Source of the DNA: Squalus acanthias
Lineage: Eukaryota
Assembly: GCA_030390025.1 (NCBI GenBank)
Contig: CM059432.1
Span: forward strand, 80,912,001 to 80,976,000
DNA length: 64,000 bases
Direction: 5' to 3'
Shown here: in pieces, positions 60,677-64,000 of the stretch
Numbering within the stretch: the stretch's first letter is position 1
Layout of the letters: each line of letters opens with the position of its first letter
The notes under the pieces: generated by a model
Told to the model about the DNA's origin: nothing
The model's input: only the letters and a program-made list of their open reading frames with translations
Database searches by the model: none
Position numbers and translations under genes: made by a program

Positions 60677-62701
60677 TTAATATTCAATGGTACAAGGTGT
60701 TCAGAAAAGATAGGGAAGGAAAAAAGGGAGGGAGGTGGCAATGCTGATTAAGGAAGACATTGTAGTGTTGGAAAGGGAGGATGTTCTTCAGGGGACAAGG
60801 ACAGAATTCATTTGGTTAGAGTTGAGGAGCAAAAAGGGTATGATCACGCTATTGGGGGTATTTTATAGGTCTCCAAATAGTGAGAAGGAGGTAGAGGAGC
60901 AAATCTGCAGGATTTTAATTACCCAACTATTGATTGGGATAATGCTAGGGTAAAGGGAAAGGAGGGGGAGGAATTTCTGAAATGTGTTCAGGAGAATTTC
61001 CTTGACCAATATGTTCTTGGCCCAACTAGAAAGGAGGCATTGCTGGATCTGGTGCTGGGGAATGAGGTGGGCCAAGTCGACCAAGTGTCTGTTGGGTATG
61101 AGTGATTATCGTATCATAAGATTTAGATTAGCAATGGAGAGGAGCAAGGAAGAATCTAGAGTGGAACTTCTAAACTGGAATAGGGCTAACTTCAATGGGA
61201 TGCGAAAGGATCTAGCCAGGGTAAAATGGAACCAAAGACTGACAGGAAAAACTGTAATGGAACAATGGGTGATCTTTAAGGAGGAGATGTTCCAAGTACA
61301 GGCTAGGTACATTCCAACAAGAGGGAAGGGTAAGGGAACCAAAGCAAGGGCTCCTTGGATGACGAGGGAGATAGAGAAGATGATGAAACAAAAAAAGAGG
61401 GTGTATGGTGCATGTCAGGTGAATTCTTCAAGGGAGAACAAGACCAAATACAATAAGTTGAGAGGGGATGTGAAGATGAAAATAAGATTGGCAAATAGAG
61501 AATATGAGAGTAGAATGGCGGTTAACATAAAAGGGAACCCAAAAATCTTCTACCGGCATGTAAACAGTAAGCGGGTAGTAAGAGGCGGAGTGGGGCCTAT
61601 TAGAGACAAAGAAGGTGATATATGCTTAGAGGTGCAGGGCAAGGCTAGAATACTCAATGAGTACTTTGTATCAGTGTTTACTAAGGAGGTGGATGCTGAC
61701 AAAATATCGGTAGCAGTGGAAAAGGTAGAAGCAATGGAAGGGGTGAAAATTGATAGACAGGATGTACTAGAAAGGCTGGGTATGCTTAGAGTGGACAAGT
61801 CGTCTGGTCCAGATAGCTTGCATCCCAGGTTGCTAAGGGAATTGGGGGAGGAGATAGTGGAAGGGCTTGCCATAATTTTCCAATCTTCTCTAGATGTGGG
61901 GGAGGTGCCTGAGGATTGGAAAGTGGCAAATGTGACGCCATTGTTCAAGAAAGGGTGTAAGGACAATCCTAGTAACTACAGGCCAGTCAGTTTAACATCA
62001 GTGGTGGGTAAAGTTTTAGAAACAGTAATCAAGGAAAAAATTAACGGGCACGTGGAGAGATTTAAGCTAATTAAGGAGAGCCAACACGGGTTTGTAAAAG
62101 TCAGATCGTGTTTGACTAATCTAATTGAATTTTGTGATGAAGTAACAGAGAGGATTGATGAAGGGAATGCAATGGATGTTGTCTACATGGATTTTCGGAA
62201 GGAGTTTGACAAAGTACCACATAGAAGGCTGGTTAACAAAATTGAGGTTCATGGAATAGGTGGGTCAGTGGCAGCTTGGATAAGGAATTGGCTTAAGGAC
62301 CGAAAACAGCGAGTTGTGGTAAATGGCTGTTTTTCAGACTGGAGGATGGTAGATAATGGTGTTCCCCAAGGGTCAGTGCTGGGGCCACTGCTTTTTTTGA
62401 TATATATAAATGACCTGGATATTGAAATACAGAGTAGAATTTCTAAATTTGCCGATGACCCCAAACTTGGGGGTGTGGCAAACAGTGATGATGATATCAA
62501 TCGACTGCAACAGGACATAGAAAGGCTAGCAGAATGGGCAGGCAAGTGGCAGATGGAATTTAATACAGAGAAGTGTGAGGTGATGCATTTTGGCAGAAGG
62601 TACAGGGAGAGGCAATATACACTTAATGGCACAGTTTTAAAGAGGGACAGAGGGACCTGGGAGTTAATGTTCATAGTTTCCTGAAGGTGGCAGGACAAAT
62701 T

Positions 62702-63454
62702 CTTCTTAGGCAGTCCCTTGGAACCGAAGATGACTTGCTTTCACACTAAAAATGAGTTCTCAGGTGACTGATGAGTCCAATGCGGGACCTACACTCTCTG
62801 TCACAGGTGGGGCAGATGGTGGTTGAAGGGGCGGGTGGGGTGCTTGGGTTGACGTGCACTCCTTCCACTGTTTGCGCTTGGCTTCCGCTTGCTCCCAGCG
62901 AAGAGACTCAAGGTGTTCGTTGTCTTCCCGGATGCTTCTCCTCCACTTTGTGCGGTCTTGGGCCAGGGATTCCCAGGTGCCGGTGGGGATGTTGCACTTT
63001 TTCAAGGAGGCTTTGAGAGTGTCCTTGAAGCGTTTTCTCTGCCCACCTGGGGCTCTCTTGCCATGTCAGAACTCCGAGTAGAGCGCTTGTTTTGGGAGTC
63101 TCGTATCAGGCATGCAGACGATGTGGCCCGTCCATCGGAGCTGATCGAGCGTGGTCAAAGCTTTGATGCTGGGGATGTTGGCCTGAGCGAGAACACTGAC
63201 GTTGTTACACCTATCCTGCCAATGGATTTGCAGGATCTTGCGGAGGCAGCATTGGTGGTACCTCTCCAGTGCTTTGAGGTGCTTGCTGTACATGGTCCAT
63301 GTCTCTGAAGCATACAGGAGGGTGGGTATCACTACTGCTCTGTAGACCATGAGCTTGGTGCTGGGTTTGAGGTCCTGGTCTTCAAACACTCTCTTCCTCA
63401 GGCGACCGAAGGTTGCACTGGCACACTGAAGGCAGTGTTGGACTTCGTCATCGA
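62702..63454 (-). mobile_element. 5'-truncated RTE-clade LINE
   Basis: TKLMVYRAVVIPTLLYASETW..LRWTGHI..RLPKQALYSE; C-terminal CPTCDRVC..GLISHLRTH; (AAG)n tail. TSD TGGCAGGACA(A/T)ATT at 62688-62701 and 63455-63468. Confidence 0.9.
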
Positions 63455-64000
63455 TGGCAGGACATATTGAGAGAGTGGTTAGTAAAGCATATGGGATCTT
63501 GGGTTTCATAAATAGAGGTATTGAGTACAAAAGTAGAGAAGTTATGCTGAACCTTTATAAAGCGCTGGTTAGGCCACAACTGGAGTATTGCGTCCAGTTC
63601 TGGTCACCACACTTTAGGAAGGATGTGAAGGCCCTTGAGAGGGTGCAGAGGAGATTTACCAGAATGGTTCTGGGGATGAGGGACTACAAGGACAAGTTGG
63701 AGAAGCTGGATTTGTTTTCATTAGAGCAAAGGAGGTTGAGGGGTGATTTGATAGAGATGTACAAGATTATGACAGGTTTGGATAGGCTAGACGGGGAAAG
63801 GCTGTTCCCACTAGTTGATGGTACAAGGACTAGGGGACACAGATTTAAGGTTTTGGGCAAGAGATACAGGGGGAACGTGAGGAAAAACTTTTTTACGCAG
63901 CGAGTGGTGAGGACCTGGAATTCGCTGCCGACGGAAGTGGTGGAAGCGGAGACACTCAATGTTTTCAAGGGGAGACTGGATAGGCACTTGAGGGAAATAA

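Larger units (their letters stand above)
59835..64000 (+). mobile_element. CR1 LINE ORF2 (endonuclease, linker, RT), split by a MITE and an RTE; runs off the window
   Basis: CMYVNA-type endonuclease start, GVFYRSPN, 566-aa ORF 60984-62684 with RT motifs, C-terminal region 63470-64000. Confidence 0.92.

Noticed and set aside
62768..62792. CTGATGA-GTCC..GGAC as a hammerhead ribozyme
   Set aside because: GAAA is absent after stem II. The sequence is the antisense of the RTE C-terminal codons (RIGLISHL).
1..64000. Prokaryotic systems (CRISPR, retrons, operons) suggested by the many RT ORFs
   Set aside because: All RTs are non-LTR or Penelope types in fragmented eukaryotic repeats. There is no repeat-spacer array and no operon-like gene density.

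Overview
This is eukaryotic, not prokaryotic, DNA. It is a repeat-saturated vertebrate intronic or intergenic region. The repeat content (HE1/V-SINE-type SINEs, esterase-ORF1 CR1 LINEs, Neptune-type Penelope elements) suggests a cartilaginous fish; that assignment is inference. I could not identify a host gene, and nearly every long ORF comes from a transposon. Contents: about 12 CR1 fragments; four Penelope-like insertions with 13-15 bp target-site duplications (TSDs), three of them inverted two-arm structures, together carrying six minimal hammerhead ribozyme motifs; two copies of an ORF1-less CR1-group (Zenon-like) LINE with a tRNA/SINE-type 5' end, plus a SINE sharing both ends with it; one internally deleted PIF/Harbinger element with convergent Myb/SANT and transposase pseudogenes; about 15 Harbinger-type MITEs, several carrying promoter-like motifs, covarying hairpins and clustered GTAAGT splice donors; one Tigger-like MITE; one RTE; an L2 relic; and other SINEs. 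Nesting reaches four levels. Family names come from recall of motifs, not from database searches. Boundaries without a TSD are approximate.
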